Assembly: GCA_965237905.1 (NCBI GenBank)
Contig: OZ250172.1
Span: 2,176,001-2,240,000 of the forward strand
DNA: 64,000 bases
Source: Nitrospinaceae bacterium
Lineage (GTDB): Bacteria; Nitrospinota; Nitrospinia; Nitrospinales; Nitrospinaceae
Direction of reading: 5' to 3'
Shown in pieces: positions 30,265 to 40,268 of this stretch (positions are counted from its first letter, which is position 1; every line of letters starts with the position of its first letter). The position numbers and the translations under genes are program-made. The notes below the pieces were generated by a model, which saw only the letters and a program-made list of their open reading frames with translations, was not told where the DNA came from and ran no database searches.

Positions 30265-30951
30265 ATGGTGGCCAGGCAAACAATCGGGGGAATCCGAAGA
30301 TTTGGATTGCAACTTGTAATCGGGATGATGTTTTTAATACTTCCCATCCAGGCGCAAGCCGTGGTTGGGGTGACCGCCAAAGGGGGCACGACCGGACTGG
30401 GCGGCGACGTGACCGTGCCTCTGGTCAGCAATTGGCTGAATTTAAGAGGCGGTTACAACTTTGGAGAATTACGTCCTTCCACCACCGAAGCGGGGATCAA
30501 ATACAAAGCTGACCTGCATCTTGAATCCGTTCCCATTCTTTTGGACCTCCATCCGTTTCACGGGGGCTTCCGGATCACCGGTGGTGTGTTTTACAACAAG
30601 AACGAAATAGACTTATCATCCACCGTGGATGCCAGTACAGTCGGCTTGGGAACAGGTCTGGGAACCGCAACGTTGAACGCCAATGTCTCCTGGTCCAAGG
30701 AATTTGCTCCCTACATTGGGATCGGCTGGGGTAATGCGGCGGATGATAATACGCTCGACTTGCCTATCGCTGTAGGATTTTCGTTGGATATTGGTGCTTT
30801 TTACCAGGGCAGTCCGAATGTTTTGTTAACGGACAGTACAGGTTTGGTGCCCGCGGCGGATTTAGCGGCGGAACAGGCTCAACTCGAAGATGATTTGAGC
30901 GAATTTAAATTCTACCCGGTTATCACGCTGGGGATTCACATCCGCTTCTGA
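30265..30951 (+). CDS. Outer membrane beta-barrel protein
   Basis: Signal peptide, GTTGLG, PYIGIGW, C-terminal IHIRF. Confidence 0.75.
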   Translation: MVARQTIGGIRRFGLQLVIGMMFLILPIQAQAVVGVTAKGGTTGLGGDVTVPLVSNWLNLRGGYNFGELRPSTTEAGIKYKADLHLESVPILLDLHPFHGGFRITGGVFYNKNEIDLSSTVDASTVGLGTGLGTATLNANVSWSKEFAPYIGIGWGNAADDNTLDLPIAVGFSLDIGAFYQGSPNVLLTDSTGLVPAADLAAEQAQLEDDLSEFKFYPVITLGIHIRF

Positions 30952-30963
30952 TCCGGGCATTCC

Positions 30964-31704
30964 CTATTGGATAATCAGAACCTTTAAACTGGGCAGGTCC
31001 GCCATTTTTTCCAGTGCCGGAATCTGTTCATGGTCCACCGCGTTGGCCGTGAGGTCCAGGTGTTCCAGGTTCGGCAGATGTTTGGAACGGATCAGGGCTT
31101 CGATTCCTTTCGGACTGATTTTATTGCGGTACAGGTCCAGCCGCTTGAGGTTTTTAAGATGCGGTGAACTGGCAATGGCGATGGCGCCTGCATCACCGAC
31201 TTCATTTCCCCCCAGGTCCAGCAGAGTGATTTGTCCCACCTTTTCGGATTGCACCAGAAGCGTCACGCCCTCGTCTCCCAACTGGTTTTTCATCAGGTTG
31301 AGTTCCGTGAGATTTTTGAGGTGGGCCGACCCGACTAGGCTTTTAATGCCATCGGCGGTGATCTGGTTGTCCCATAGAAATAGTTTTTCGACATGTTGAA
31401 ACGTCGGCGATCCCGCCAGGATGGCTACGCCCTCATCTCCCAGCTTGTTCGTTTTCAAAGCCAGGGACCGGACGTTTTTAACTTTTTCAGTATTGGCCAG
31501 GATGCGGATCCCTTTGACGCCGATTCTTTTGTTTTGCAGGCTGACACCCGTGCCGTCTTCACTGGTGCCCGACTCGATGAGTTTGGGGATGTCCATGGCC
31601 TTGGCGCTGGCCCCCGTTACGCCATCGTGGCCGGAGCGGCAGGCGGGCAGGAGCAGGCCAAGCGACAATACGAGCAGACCGAAGTTTTTGCAGAGTTTCG
31701 TCAT
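30964..31704 (-). CDS. Leucine-rich repeat lipoprotein (ribonuclease-inhibitor-like repeats)
   Basis: Lipobox LPAC; LxLxxNxLGDEG repeats. Confidence 0.85.
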   Translation of the reverse strand: MTKLCKNFGLLVLSLGLLLPACRSGHDGVTGASAKAMDIPKLIESGTSEDGTGVSLQNKRIGVKGIRILANTEKVKNVRSLALKTNKLGDEGVAILAGSPTFQHVEKLFLWDNQITADGIKSLVGSAHLKNLTELNLMKNQLGDEGVTLLVQSEKVGQITLLDLGGNEVGDAGAIAIASSPHLKNLKRLDLYRNKISPKGIEALIRSKHLPNLEHLDLTANAVDHEQIPALEKMADLPSLKVLIIQ

Positions 31705-31749
31705 GATGTTACCTTTATGGGTTCGGTTGTTTGATCTCGCCACTATAAA

Positions 31750-32526
31750 CTATTTTGCGCACCGGAAGCCGAGATAATTGTTGCGCCGATCCGGCAGGCT
31801 TTTGCCTCGCACCGTAATTCGTGCCAGATCCATGTTGGAAAACCACGAGCCGCCCTTGATCACCCTGAATTGTTTTCCGTAAAAATCGTTGGGATAGGTA
31901 TTCCCCGGATGCGGTTGATACCAGTTCGCCGTCCATTCCCAGACATTGCCGGCCATATCGCGAACTCCATAAGGACTGGCGCCATACTTTGTCAAGCCGA
32001 CCGGCGCGGAATAACGGTAGCCGTCTTGTTTGCCGCGGATATTGGCCTTGGTTTTATCAGGTTTGTTGCCCCAGGGATAGTAACGGCCGTCGCTTCCCCG
32101 TGCGGCCTTTTCCCACTCCGCCTCGGTGGGGAGCCGTTTCCCTATCGTTGCGCAGTAGTCTGCCGCTTCCTGCCAGGTCACACCCACCACCGGCTGGCTG
32201 TTCTGATTGAACCGTTCGTTGTCCATGAACTTGGGAGCCGGCACACCGGTTTGCTCCATGTACAATCGGTATTGACCCACGGTCACTTCGGTGATGTCGA
32301 TCTTGTAAGCCCGTAACTTAACGGTATGAGCCGGAGTTTCGTCGCGGTAATAGTCCAGGGACTCGGAGAAAAATGTGCTTGCCGCCCACTCGATATCTTT
32401 TTCGGAGCTTCCCATGATGAATTCGCCGGGAGCGATGGTGATCATTTCCATGGTTTGGATGGGCGGCGTGGCCCCCAGTGGGAAGGGAACGATTAGAAGC
32501 AGAAAAATCCCGATGGCTCCTTTCAT
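31750..32526 (-). CDS. Formylglycine-generating enzyme family (SUMF1/EgtB/PvdO) protein
   Basis: FIMGS, RLPTEAEWEKAARG, DMAGNVWEW, GFRC. Confidence 0.92.
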   Translation of the reverse strand: MKGAIGIFLLLIVPFPLGATPPIQTMEMITIAPGEFIMGSSEKDIEWAASTFFSESLDYYRDETPAHTVKLRAYKIDITEVTVGQYRLYMEQTGVPAPKFMDNERFNQNSQPVVGVTWQEAADYCATIGKRLPTEAEWEKAARGSDGRYYPWGNKPDKTKANIRGKQDGYRYSAPVGLTKYGASPYGVRDMAGNVWEWTANWYQPHPGNTYPNDFYGKQFRVIKGGSWFSNMDLARITVRGKSLPDRRNNYLGFRCAK

Positions 32527-32537
32527 AAGGTTCCACC

Positions 32538-33101
32538 CTAGGTTGGGATCAGTCCCGATTTCCTGGCATATTCGAAAATATTTCCGGCTTCGATGATATC
32601 GATGACTTCGCCCAGGGAATTCAGGGAATAGGTTTTGTTCTGCGTCTCGTTGGTGAGGGTATAGGCTTCCAGATCGATGGCGATCTCGTCTCCGGTTTCA
32701 ATTTCTTTCGCCAATTTTTGCTTCGCTTCCAGTGGGATGAAGAATCCGCCATCAATGGAGTTGCGATAAAAGATGCGGGCATAGCTTTCGGCCACCACCG
32801 CCTGGACACCGGCGATTTCCATGCAGGCGGGGGCGTGTTCGCGCGAGGAGCCGCACCCGAAATTGGACCCGCCGATCACGATTTTGAATTGGGACTGATA
32901 TTGTCCTTCCTCCACAAACGGAATCTTTCCCTTCGGCAGGCCGGAGCCTTCCGTGGGGACGCCGGACAACGCGAATTTTCCGTAGTTCTTGCTTTCTTCC
33001 GGATCGCTCAAACTGTAGACCAGATGCTCGGCGGGAATGATCTGGTCGGTATCGATGTTGTTGCCCAATACAAAGGCGCGTCCTTGGATCTTCTTTTTCA
33101 T
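32538..33101 (-). CDS. leuD: 3-isopropylmalate dehydratase small subunit
   Basis: NIDTDQIIP, NFGCGSSREHA, ESYARIFYRN. Confidence 0.88.
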   Translation of the reverse strand: MKKKIQGRAFVLGNNIDTDQIIPAEHLVYSLSDPEESKNYGKFALSGVPTEGSGLPKGKIPFVEEGQYQSQFKIVIGGSNFGCGSSREHAPACMEIAGVQAVVAESYARIFYRNSIDGGFFIPLEAKQKLAKEIETGDEIAIDLEAYTLTNETQNKTYSLNSLGEVIDIIEAGNIFEYARKSGLIPT

Positions 33102-33137
33102 AAATCAATGTTCCCTTCAAAAAAACTTTGATGAGGA

Positions 33138-34445
33138 TTATACACGGGCGGCAATAAATTCCCGCGGATCGGTCACGTACCCGGTCAGCGCCGATGCCGC
33201 GGCGGTGTAGGGCGACGCGAGGTAAACGGATGACTGCTTCGATCCCATGCGTCCCGGAAAATTCCGGTTGGTGGTGGAGATCACTACTTCCGTACCGTGG
33301 GTCCGGCCGAACGTGTCTTTGGGTCCGCCGAGACAGGCGGCGCAGGACGGCTCGCCGATGCGCGCGCCAGCATCTTCAAAAATCTGCGCCAGCGTTTTGC
33401 CGTCGATGGTTTCCTTGTGCAAGTCTTGTTCAACGTCGACGGTGGCGGGTACGATGTAGGTATCGATCTTCACCTTTTCGCCGTTCAATATTTCAGCGGC
33501 GGCGATGAAGTCGGTGATCTTGCCGCCGGTACACGAGCCGATATACGCCCGGTCCAGCTTGACGTCCGAACATTCGCGGGCCAGCGCACGGTTGTCCGGT
33601 GAATGTGGCTGGGCCACTATTGGCTCCAACTCGTCGGCCTTGTAAGTTTTATTGAAACAGTATTTGGCGTCCGCGTCGGAATGATGGACCGTGCCCTGTT
33701 TGTCGGTGCGGCCCTTCAGGTAGTCGAAGGTGACGTTGTCCGCTTCGATCACGGCGTTTTTGCCTCCCGCTTCGATGGCCATGTTGCACAGGGTCATGCG
33801 TTCTTCCATGGAGAATTGGTACACCGCGTCGCCCGCCCATTCCATGGTGCGGTAGGTGGCGCCGTCGCACCCGATGTCGCCGATCACGTGCAGAAGAATA
33901 TCCTTCGCCATGATGTAGGGCGGAAAGGTGCCGGTCCACTCGAAGCGCATGGTTTCGGGAATCTTCACCCACAGTTTGCCGGTGCCGAGGATGAACGCGG
34001 CGTCGGTGTTGCCGATGCCGGTGGAGAACATGCCGAACGCGCCGGAGGTGCAGGTATGCGAATCGGTACCGAACAGGACTTCGCCGGGGCGGTTATGACC
34101 CTCCTGCGCCAGGGCGATATGACAAACGCCCTTGTAATTCTCGGTTCCGACATCATAATAATAAGGAAGCTTTTGCTCCTTCGCGAATTCGCGAATGATA
34201 TCGATGTTGCGGTTGGCGTGGGGATCGGCGGTGAAAATATAATGATCGGGGATGATCACGACCTTTTCCGGATCCCAGACCTTGGCGTTTTGGCCAAATT
34301 GTTTTTTGAAGATGCCGATGGTGCCCGGCCCGCAGACGTCGTGGGTCATCAATACGTCGACATCGACCCAGACGTTGTCGCCGGGAGCGACGGATGTTTT
34401 ACCGGCGTGGTTTGCCAGGATTTTTTCGGTAATGGTCATTCCCAT
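33138..34445 (-). CDS. leuC: 3-isopropylmalate dehydratase large subunit (archaeal/plant-type aconitase family)
   Basis: TDSHTCT, IGSCT, CAACLG, STTNRNFPGRMG. Confidence 0.9.
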   Translation of the reverse strand: MGMTITEKILANHAGKTSVAPGDNVWVDVDVLMTHDVCGPGTIGIFKKQFGQNAKVWDPEKVVIIPDHYIFTADPHANRNIDIIREFAKEQKLPYYYDVGTENYKGVCHIALAQEGHNRPGEVLFGTDSHTCTSGAFGMFSTGIGNTDAAFILGTGKLWVKIPETMRFEWTGTFPPYIMAKDILLHVIGDIGCDGATYRTMEWAGDAVYQFSMEERMTLCNMAIEAGGKNAVIEADNVTFDYLKGRTDKQGTVHHSDADAKYCFNKTYKADELEPIVAQPHSPDNRALARECSDVKLDRAYIGSCTGGKITDFIAAAEILNGEKVKIDTYIVPATVDVEQDLHKETIDGKTLAQIFEDAGARIGEPSCAACLGGPKDTFGRTHGTEVVISTTNRNFPGRMGSKQSSVYLASPYTAAASALTGYVTDPREFIAARV

Positions 34446-34708
34446 ATACAATCTCCGTAGGGAGGGGGTTGCGATTCAGTTTTCGAGGCGGTCAGACGAA
34501 AAGTCCTCAAGTGTAATACTAAATTAACATTTTAAGGTTTCCGTGCGAACAAAAAATTAAAAAAAGTGGATTATATCGCTAAATCGGCCGGTTTCCACAC
34601 GGAATTGAGTCCAGAGATAGCTTCCCACCCGTGAGTGGCCGTTATAATATTGAAACGAATCCGCGATTAAGGTAGGTTGAATCCCTTTAAACTATTGAAT
34701 TTAATCCA

Positions 34709-36169
34709 ATGATATCTGGCAACGAACCCGAAAAGGATGATTCTAATAAAGTAGTCTTTGACCGCCGCCCCCTGTGGATCGTGGTCTTCGACCGCATGCG
34801 GCGGGGCATCGTGGTGACGGTACTCCTGATCGGCTTTTTCATCCTGCTGGGCCGGGAAGCGCCGGAGGGACTATCTGTCGAGGGCTACAAGGTATTGTGC
34901 CTGTTTTTCCTGTGCGTCTGCCTGTGGTCGAGCAACGTGATTCCCCTGTCTGCGACCAGCCTGTTGGTAATCGGTGCGGTGCCGCTGATGGGTATCATGG
35001 ATGCCTCCCAGGTGTATTCCTTTTTCGGCAACCGGGCGGTGTTTTTCATTCTGGGAGCGTTTGTGCTTTCGGGGTCGATGATCGCCTGTGGATTGAGCGG
35101 GCGGATGTCCTTATGGGTTATCGAAAAATGGGGCCATCGGCCGCGCACGCTGATGACGTCCATCTATTTTTTCGGAGCGGTCAGTTCCTGTTTCATGTCC
35201 GAGCATGCCGTGGCGGCCATGTTGTTTCCCATTGTCACGGAAATCGTCTCCGCCCTGAAACTTCCGCAAGGTAAGTCCGCTTTTGCCAAGTCACTGTATT
35301 TTGCTCTGGCGTGGGGATGCATCATCGGTGGCGCCACCACGGTGCTGGGTGGAGGACGAGTGCCTCTGGCGGTCGAGATGTTGGAACAGGGAACTCAAAG
35401 TACGCTCGGGATTCTGCAATACACCCAGCTCACCTTTCCGATGATCGTGCTTTTGCTGGGGTGCGGATGGGCTCTGCTCAATTTATTGTTTAAGCCCGAA
35501 ATCGAGAACGTAAAACCCGCCCTGGAAAATCTACATGCAAAATCTCTGGCTCAGGGAAAAGTGACCTATCAGGAAATGGGCGTCGGCGCGGTGATGGGCC
35601 TGACTTTGGTTTTCTGGTTCGGTTTCGGCGAACAGTTGGGGATCGCCAACATCTCCATCATGGCAATCGTGCTGTTGTTTGCCCTGAACCTGATTACCTG
35701 GAAAACGGTGGAGCCGCATGTGAACTGGGCGATTATTCTCATGTATGGCGGGGCGATCTGCCTCGGGCAGGTGATGGCTTCTTCCGGCGCGGCGCTATGG
35801 CTGGCACAGAAAGCGTTTCAGGGATCGATCGCCACACCGACGGGATTTCTGTTGACGGTGGCGGTACTGTCCACCTTGTTCACCACGTTTATGAGTAATT
35901 CAGCGGTGATCGCTATTTTATTACCACCGGCCTTGAGCTTATGCCCCGATTACGGAATATCCCCGGTGGTGGCGACGATGACGGTGATTTTACCCAGTAA
36001 CTTTGCCTTTATACTGCCGATTGCCACACCCGCTTCCGCCTTGGCCTTCGCATCCCGTCACATTTCGCTTCGGGAAATGATATTTTCAGGAACTCTGCTC
36101 AGCCTGTTGGGTATGATCTGTTTTCTGATTTTGCTATTTGTATTCTGGCCCTGGATGGGATTTCAATAG
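34709..36169 (+). CDS. SLC13/DASS family sodium:dicarboxylate or sulfate symporter
   Basis: About 12 TM segments; FMSNSA, AFILPIATP. Confidence 0.88.
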   Translation: MISGNEPEKDDSNKVVFDRRPLWIVVFDRMRRGIVVTVLLIGFFILLGREAPEGLSVEGYKVLCLFFLCVCLWSSNVIPLSATSLLVIGAVPLMGIMDASQVYSFFGNRAVFFILGAFVLSGSMIACGLSGRMSLWVIEKWGHRPRTLMTSIYFFGAVSSCFMSEHAVAAMLFPIVTEIVSALKLPQGKSAFAKSLYFALAWGCIIGGATTVLGGGRVPLAVEMLEQGTQSTLGILQYTQLTFPMIVLLLGCGWALLNLLFKPEIENVKPALENLHAKSLAQGKVTYQEMGVGAVMGLTLVFWFGFGEQLGIANISIMAIVLLFALNLITWKTVEPHVNWAIILMYGGAICLGQVMASSGAALWLAQKAFQGSIATPTGFLLTVAVLSTLFTTFMSNSAVIAILLPPALSLCPDYGISPVVATMTVILPSNFAFILPIATPASALAFASRHISLREMIFSGTLLSLLGMICFLILLFVFWPWMGFQ

Positions 36170-36179
36170 GTAAGTGATG

Positions 36180-36332
36180 AAAAGAAAAGGCTGGAAGGCA
36201 GGCCCGAGAAGGGCCGGGAGGGTTGGCCCAACTCGGAAAAAAAGTGCGTGACTTCCTTTTTTCGCTAACCTGCCAACAAAAAAGCCTCATTCTGAGAGAA
36301 AAGAGATAACCCACGGTCCGTGAGTTACATCT
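36180..36332 (-). ncRNA. Candidate sigma54-dependent structured small RNA (~150 nt)
   Basis: Starts about 12 nt after a -24/-12 promoter; 5' hairpin, multibranch stem, U-rich end. Confidence 0.55.
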
Positions 36333-36342
36333 ATAAAATAAA

Positions 36343-36359
36343 AGCAAGAGACATGCCAA
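36343..36359 (-). promoter_or_regulatory. sigma54 (RpoN) -24/-12 promoter
   Basis: TTGGCATGTCTCTTGCT with GG-N10-GC spacing; IHF-like AAACAAgggaTTG just upstream. Confidence 0.75.
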
Positions 36360-36559
36360 ATTCGGCGGATCTGTTTTGATTGGGCAATCCCTTGTTTCTT
36401 AAGGCGTTATAGAAGTTAAGGCGTAAACGGTTTTTGCAGCGGAGTCTGATTTTTCTTTCACAATTACGTTTTTGAAACAGTGGATTTTTAAATGTGTAAC
36501 AAATATGCAACATACCTATAAGCCATCGACCGGGTACCCGGCTTAAAAATGGAGCAACG

Positions 36560-36901
36560 ATGACCGATTCAGTTCAACAGATAAATCCTGTGCAACTCAA
36601 GGAACGGCTGGATTCCGGACAGGTGGGGCTGCTGTTGGATGTCCGGGAGGATTGGGAACATTCCATGGCGGCGATCGCGGATTCGACCCATATCCCGCTG
36701 GCCGAGTTGGTGGATCGCCTTCAGGAGCTGGCTTTTGAGGATGACATTGTGGTGTATTGTCATTTTGGCCAGCGCTCCTATCAGGCGGGCCTGTTGTTGA
36801 AGGAAGCCGGATTTAAAAATGTGACCAACCTGGCGGGGGGCATCGATGCCTGGTCGCAGTTGGTGGACCCCTCCATCCGCAGGTATCGCGCATCCTTTTA
36901 A
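36560..36901 (+). CDS. Rhodanese-like domain protein
   Basis: LLDVRE..E, VVYCHFGQRS, NLAGGIDAW. Confidence 0.92.
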   Translation: MTDSVQQINPVQLKERLDSGQVGLLLDVREDWEHSMAAIADSTHIPLAELVDRLQELAFEDDIVVYCHFGQRSYQAGLLLKEAGFKNVTNLAGGIDAWSQLVDPSIRRYRASF

Positions 36902-36923
36902 TGATCGGGTCAGGCAGAGTGCT

Positions 36924-37175
36924 ATGGAGATAATGAATAAGCTGGGAATCGAGGTGATGAACTCTCCTCGCGCAATACGAGACGAGCTGTTGCAGGGCAC
37001 CGGGGCGGTGATGGCGGCGGGGTGTTCCATTTTCGTGGAATCCAGCAATGTGAAAGATAAAGAGATCGTGGTGTTCCGGTCGCCTGGAAAAGATGTTTCA
37101 GCAGAACGCAAAGCGTTCGACATCGAACACTTCGATCAGGCCTGGAAACAGTTTGATGAATGGCGGTCTTCCTGA
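36924..37175 (+). CDS. Hypothetical protein
   Basis: Short ORF filling the gap, coding-like composition. Confidence 0.55.
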   Translation: MEIMNKLGIEVMNSPRAIRDELLQGTGAVMAAGCSIFVESSNVKDKEIVVFRSPGKDVSAERKAFDIEHFDQAWKQFDEWRSS

Positions 37176-37245
37176 CGGTTTCCCCACCTAAGTATTTCTC
37201 TTGTAATCAATTGTTGATTCGGCCACCAGGTCTTATACTGAATTC

Positions 37246-38580
37246 ATGACCGAAAACGCCTTGCAAGAAACAGAATTTCCGAAAACCCGCATACAGGATA
37301 TTAAAGAGCATTTCGTTTTTCGACCCAGTTGGGGTTGGGCCTTCGCTTTTTCCTTTTTGATCCTCGCTTTAAAGAATGATCTCGCCGATGTCTTTTACCC
37401 TCTGTTGTACAATGAGGACGGAAGAAATATTTTCGGTCTTTTTTATAATGATCATTCCATTAAGAATATTTTTACCAGCTACTCAAGTTATTATCAGGTA
37501 TTGCCCAGGTTGGCGGGGTATATGCTTCATTTTTTACCGGTTACCTGGATCCCTTCCTTGTACAGTCTGTTTGCGCTTTCATTCAGCGCGTTGGCTTATT
37601 CGCTGTTTTTTCCTTTATTAAACCGTCTGTTTCGTTCTCCTTGGTTTGCTCTTTATTCGGTTCTTATTCTTACTGCCTTGCCCCTGGCCAGTCATAAGCT
37701 GGTCGGAACTCTGATGTTCCAGGTCTGGAATGGCGTTATCATTTTAGGTGTCGTTACTTTTTTGCCGATCCCTAAAAATTTTTTAGGGAAAGCCTTTTAT
37801 CTTTTTGCCACTAATATCCTGATTTGGAGTCACCCCTATTGCATCCTGATATTACCGGTTTATTTATACAAACTTGCGTTTCAGAAAAACAATCGATGGG
37901 TATATGGTCTTTTTATCCTTTCGATATTTGTTTATTTTGGATTAACAATCAGCCACCACCCTCTGAATTGGGATTCTCTGCGGTATTTCCCGTCCAACCT
38001 GCTCGGCCGCGTGGTCACCGAAACCGTGGTGGGTCCCCTGAACCGGACTTGGCTCCAATATCTGGAAAGTTCTCTGATTTTTGGTTTTCTAATGATTGCG
38101 TTTGTAGGTTGCATGGTCGGATTTTCCTGGAAGAAAATGGAAAGGAAAGAGAAATGGTTCTATGCAATTTCGGCTTATTTTATTTTGACGAGTTTAGCGG
38201 TTGCCCTGCTGGGCCGGGAGCTCGGTAATTATTACCACCTGATCAACGGCAGTCCCCGGTATACCTATCTTCCCCGCATCACTTTTTTAATGATGTTGAT
38301 GGCCGCTTTGTTTCGCCTGTACCAACTCTCCAGTGTTTTCCGGAAAACCCATTGGGCGCTGGCGGCGTTGGTGTTAACTATCAACACCAATGGTAATGTT
38401 CTCTACAAAACCGATTTGAAAGTGGGTCAGCGGGTTCGCGATTACGTGGCTTATCTGGATCAGAACCAGCTGGATTGCGAGCCGGGAGAGGAACGATGGT
38501 TTACTCTGCACCGGGGAGGTTGGCAAAATCCGGGAACCCCGCCCGATTGGAGCATTCCCGCCAACCTCTGTCGGCATTAA
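37246..38580 (+). CDS. Polytopic membrane protein (possible GT-C fold glycosyltransferase)
   Basis: Many TM segments; early LYNEDG..F and Y.SYYQVLPRL motifs. Confidence 0.55.
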   Translation: MTENALQETEFPKTRIQDIKEHFVFRPSWGWAFAFSFLILALKNDLADVFYPLLYNEDGRNIFGLFYNDHSIKNIFTSYSSYYQVLPRLAGYMLHFLPVTWIPSLYSLFALSFSALAYSLFFPLLNRLFRSPWFALYSVLILTALPLASHKLVGTLMFQVWNGVIILGVVTFLPIPKNFLGKAFYLFATNILIWSHPYCILILPVYLYKLAFQKNNRWVYGLFILSIFVYFGLTISHHPLNWDSLRYFPSNLLGRVVTETVVGPLNRTWLQYLESSLIFGFLMIAFVGCMVGFSWKKMERKEKWFYAISAYFILTSLAVALLGRELGNYYHLINGSPRYTYLPRITFLMMLMAALFRLYQLSSVFRKTHWALAALVLTINTNGNVLYKTDLKVGQRVRDYVAYLDQNQLDCEPGEERWFTLHRGGWQNPGTPPDWSIPANLCRH

Positions 38581-38591
38581 CTTTTTTGGGT

Positions 38592-40064
38592 TTATTCCTG
38601 TGCAGACAATTTTTCTTCCGCGATCTGGCGCATGAGGTCGATAGGGGCGATTTTGCCGGTCCATAATTCGAACTGTCCTGCCGCCTGGTTGACGAACAAC
38701 TCCACGCCGGAGACGGTAGCGCATCCGGCCGCCTCAGCATCTTTGAGGAGGCGGGTTTCCATCGGGTTGTACACGGAATCGAACACCACCATGCCGGGTT
38801 TCAGCAGGCGTGCGGGGAAGGGGGCGTCGTTCGTATTCGGAGCCATGCCGACCGGCGAGCAATTGATGACGATATCCACTGCCACCTGATCCACATCGCG
38901 GATGCTGATGAGTTTACCTTTCAATTGATCCGCCAGCTCCTGCGCTTTTTCCTTATTGCGGTTGTAGGTGAGGGTGAGGTGCGCACCCTCGTCCGCCACA
39001 CTCTGGCCGATGGCTTTTGCGGTACCGCCCGCGCCGATGATCAAAACATTTTTGTCCTTGAGCGGCCCGTGCGGTTCAAGAGCCTTCAGTGCCCCCGAGT
39101 AATCCGTGTTGTAACCGGCCCATCCGTTGCTGTCCGGCACCACGGTATTGACGGCGCCGATGCGCTCGGCGGCGGAATCGATTCGGCTGAGGGATTTCAT
39201 GATGGTTTCCTTGTGCGGCATGGTCACGCTCAACCCGCCCAGATACGGTTCAAACGCGCTGAAGAATCGCTTCACGTTTTGCACCAGAAGCGGCACGTAC
39301 ACATGCGGCAGTCCAGTGTCCTGAAACGCTTTGTTGTGGATCAGGTAACCCATGCTCTTCGACACCGGGTCGCCGATGACGCCATACACTTTGGATTCCG
39401 GTTTCAGATCGTTGACGCGGTAAATATGTCTCAAAGTTTTTGCAGGGATTTGTCCCGGTGCGCTTTCCTTGCCTGTTTCCAGCGACCCGAACGTAAGCCA
39501 TCCACCCTGTTGAACAGTCAGGATGCGGCTGACCTCTCCCTTCTCGCCCATGCAGAAGGCGATCATTTGTTTTCCATCTTTTTTGGCGCGCGCCAGCAAA
39601 CGAAACAGGAGCAGGTTGTCGTTGATGTCGGTCGCGTAGGTGATGATCTTCAAAATATCAGCCGGCAACTGGCTCATTAGATCGTACAGGGGATTGAGAT
39701 CGTCCGGTGTGCGCGTGAAGTCGTGGTGCGAGAGGATAACCTTCACCTTCCCCTTGTTTTCGAGAATGGATTTGAGAAGCGGTCCGGGCGTGGAGGTTTC
39801 GATGTCGATATAATCCACCCCAAAATCGATCGCCTTGCGCAATAGGTCGACGCGTTCTTCCTCCGGTCCTGCGAACTGACCCCCATCCATCTTGCATCGG
39901 TTGGTGACAATGCAGGGCTTACCCGCTTCCTTCAGCAACAACGGCAGGTCGAAGTTCTCGATCAGGTCCAGGCGCAGTTCGATAATATCGGCCAGCTTCT
40001 GGCAGGCGTCGAGGTCTTTGCGGGCGCGGTCCATCGTGGGACCGACAATGGGAACACAGATCAT
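38592..40064 (-). CDS. aroE: Bifunctional type I 3-dehydroquinate dehydratase / shikimate dehydrogenase (AroD-AroE fusion)
   Basis: IELRLD, ILSHHDF, SAPGQI, then SVTMPHK, IGAVNT, YNTD, IGAGGTA, DSVYNP. Confidence 0.93.
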   Translation of the reverse strand: MICVPIVGPTMDRARKDLDACQKLADIIELRLDLIENFDLPLLLKEAGKPCIVTNRCKMDGGQFAGPEEERVDLLRKAIDFGVDYIDIETSTPGPLLKSILENKGKVKVILSHHDFTRTPDDLNPLYDLMSQLPADILKIITYATDINDNLLLFRLLARAKKDGKQMIAFCMGEKGEVSRILTVQQGGWLTFGSLETGKESAPGQIPAKTLRHIYRVNDLKPESKVYGVIGDPVSKSMGYLIHNKAFQDTGLPHVYVPLLVQNVKRFFSAFEPYLGGLSVTMPHKETIMKSLSRIDSAAERIGAVNTVVPDSNGWAGYNTDYSGALKALEPHGPLKDKNVLIIGAGGTAKAIGQSVADEGAHLTLTYNRNKEKAQELADQLKGKLISIRDVDQVAVDIVINCSPVGMAPNTNDAPFPARLLKPGMVVFDSVYNPMETRLLKDAEAAGCATVSGVELFVNQAAGQFELWTGKIAPIDLMRQIAEEKLSAQE

Positions 40065-40071
40065 AATATAT

Positions 40072-40176
40072 TCCCCTCCTTTTCAAGGAGGGGTTAGGGG
40101 TGGTTAATATCAACCCCTCCCAGCCTCCCCTTGGTAAGGGGAGGGGTTTAGGGTGTCACCCTGAGCGTGTCAAAGA
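40072..40176. repeat. REP-like palindrome cluster
   Basis: CCCCTCCTTTTCAAGGAGGGG, CTCCCCTTGGTAAGGGGAG, GTCACCCTGAGCGTGTC. Confidence 0.75.
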
Positions 40177-40268
40177 GGGACCAGAAGGGTTAGTGATGAG
40201 CGACCCGGATTATGCCTCATGCAGGAAAGAAAATCCACTCCTGCCCGGAGGGGGAACTGACTGACAGT

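Noticed and set aside
34535..34606. Two parS-like sequences (GTTTCCGTGCGAAC, GTTTCCACACGGAA)
   Set aside because: Too many mismatches to the parS palindrome to support.
36099..36359. 86-aa minus-strand ORF as the sigma54 target
   Set aside because: It starts inside the promoter itself, has no RBS and overlaps the DASS gene antisense.
38592..40064. AroD-AroE fusion as a novelty
   Set aside because: Fusion already known from plants and several bacterial phyla.
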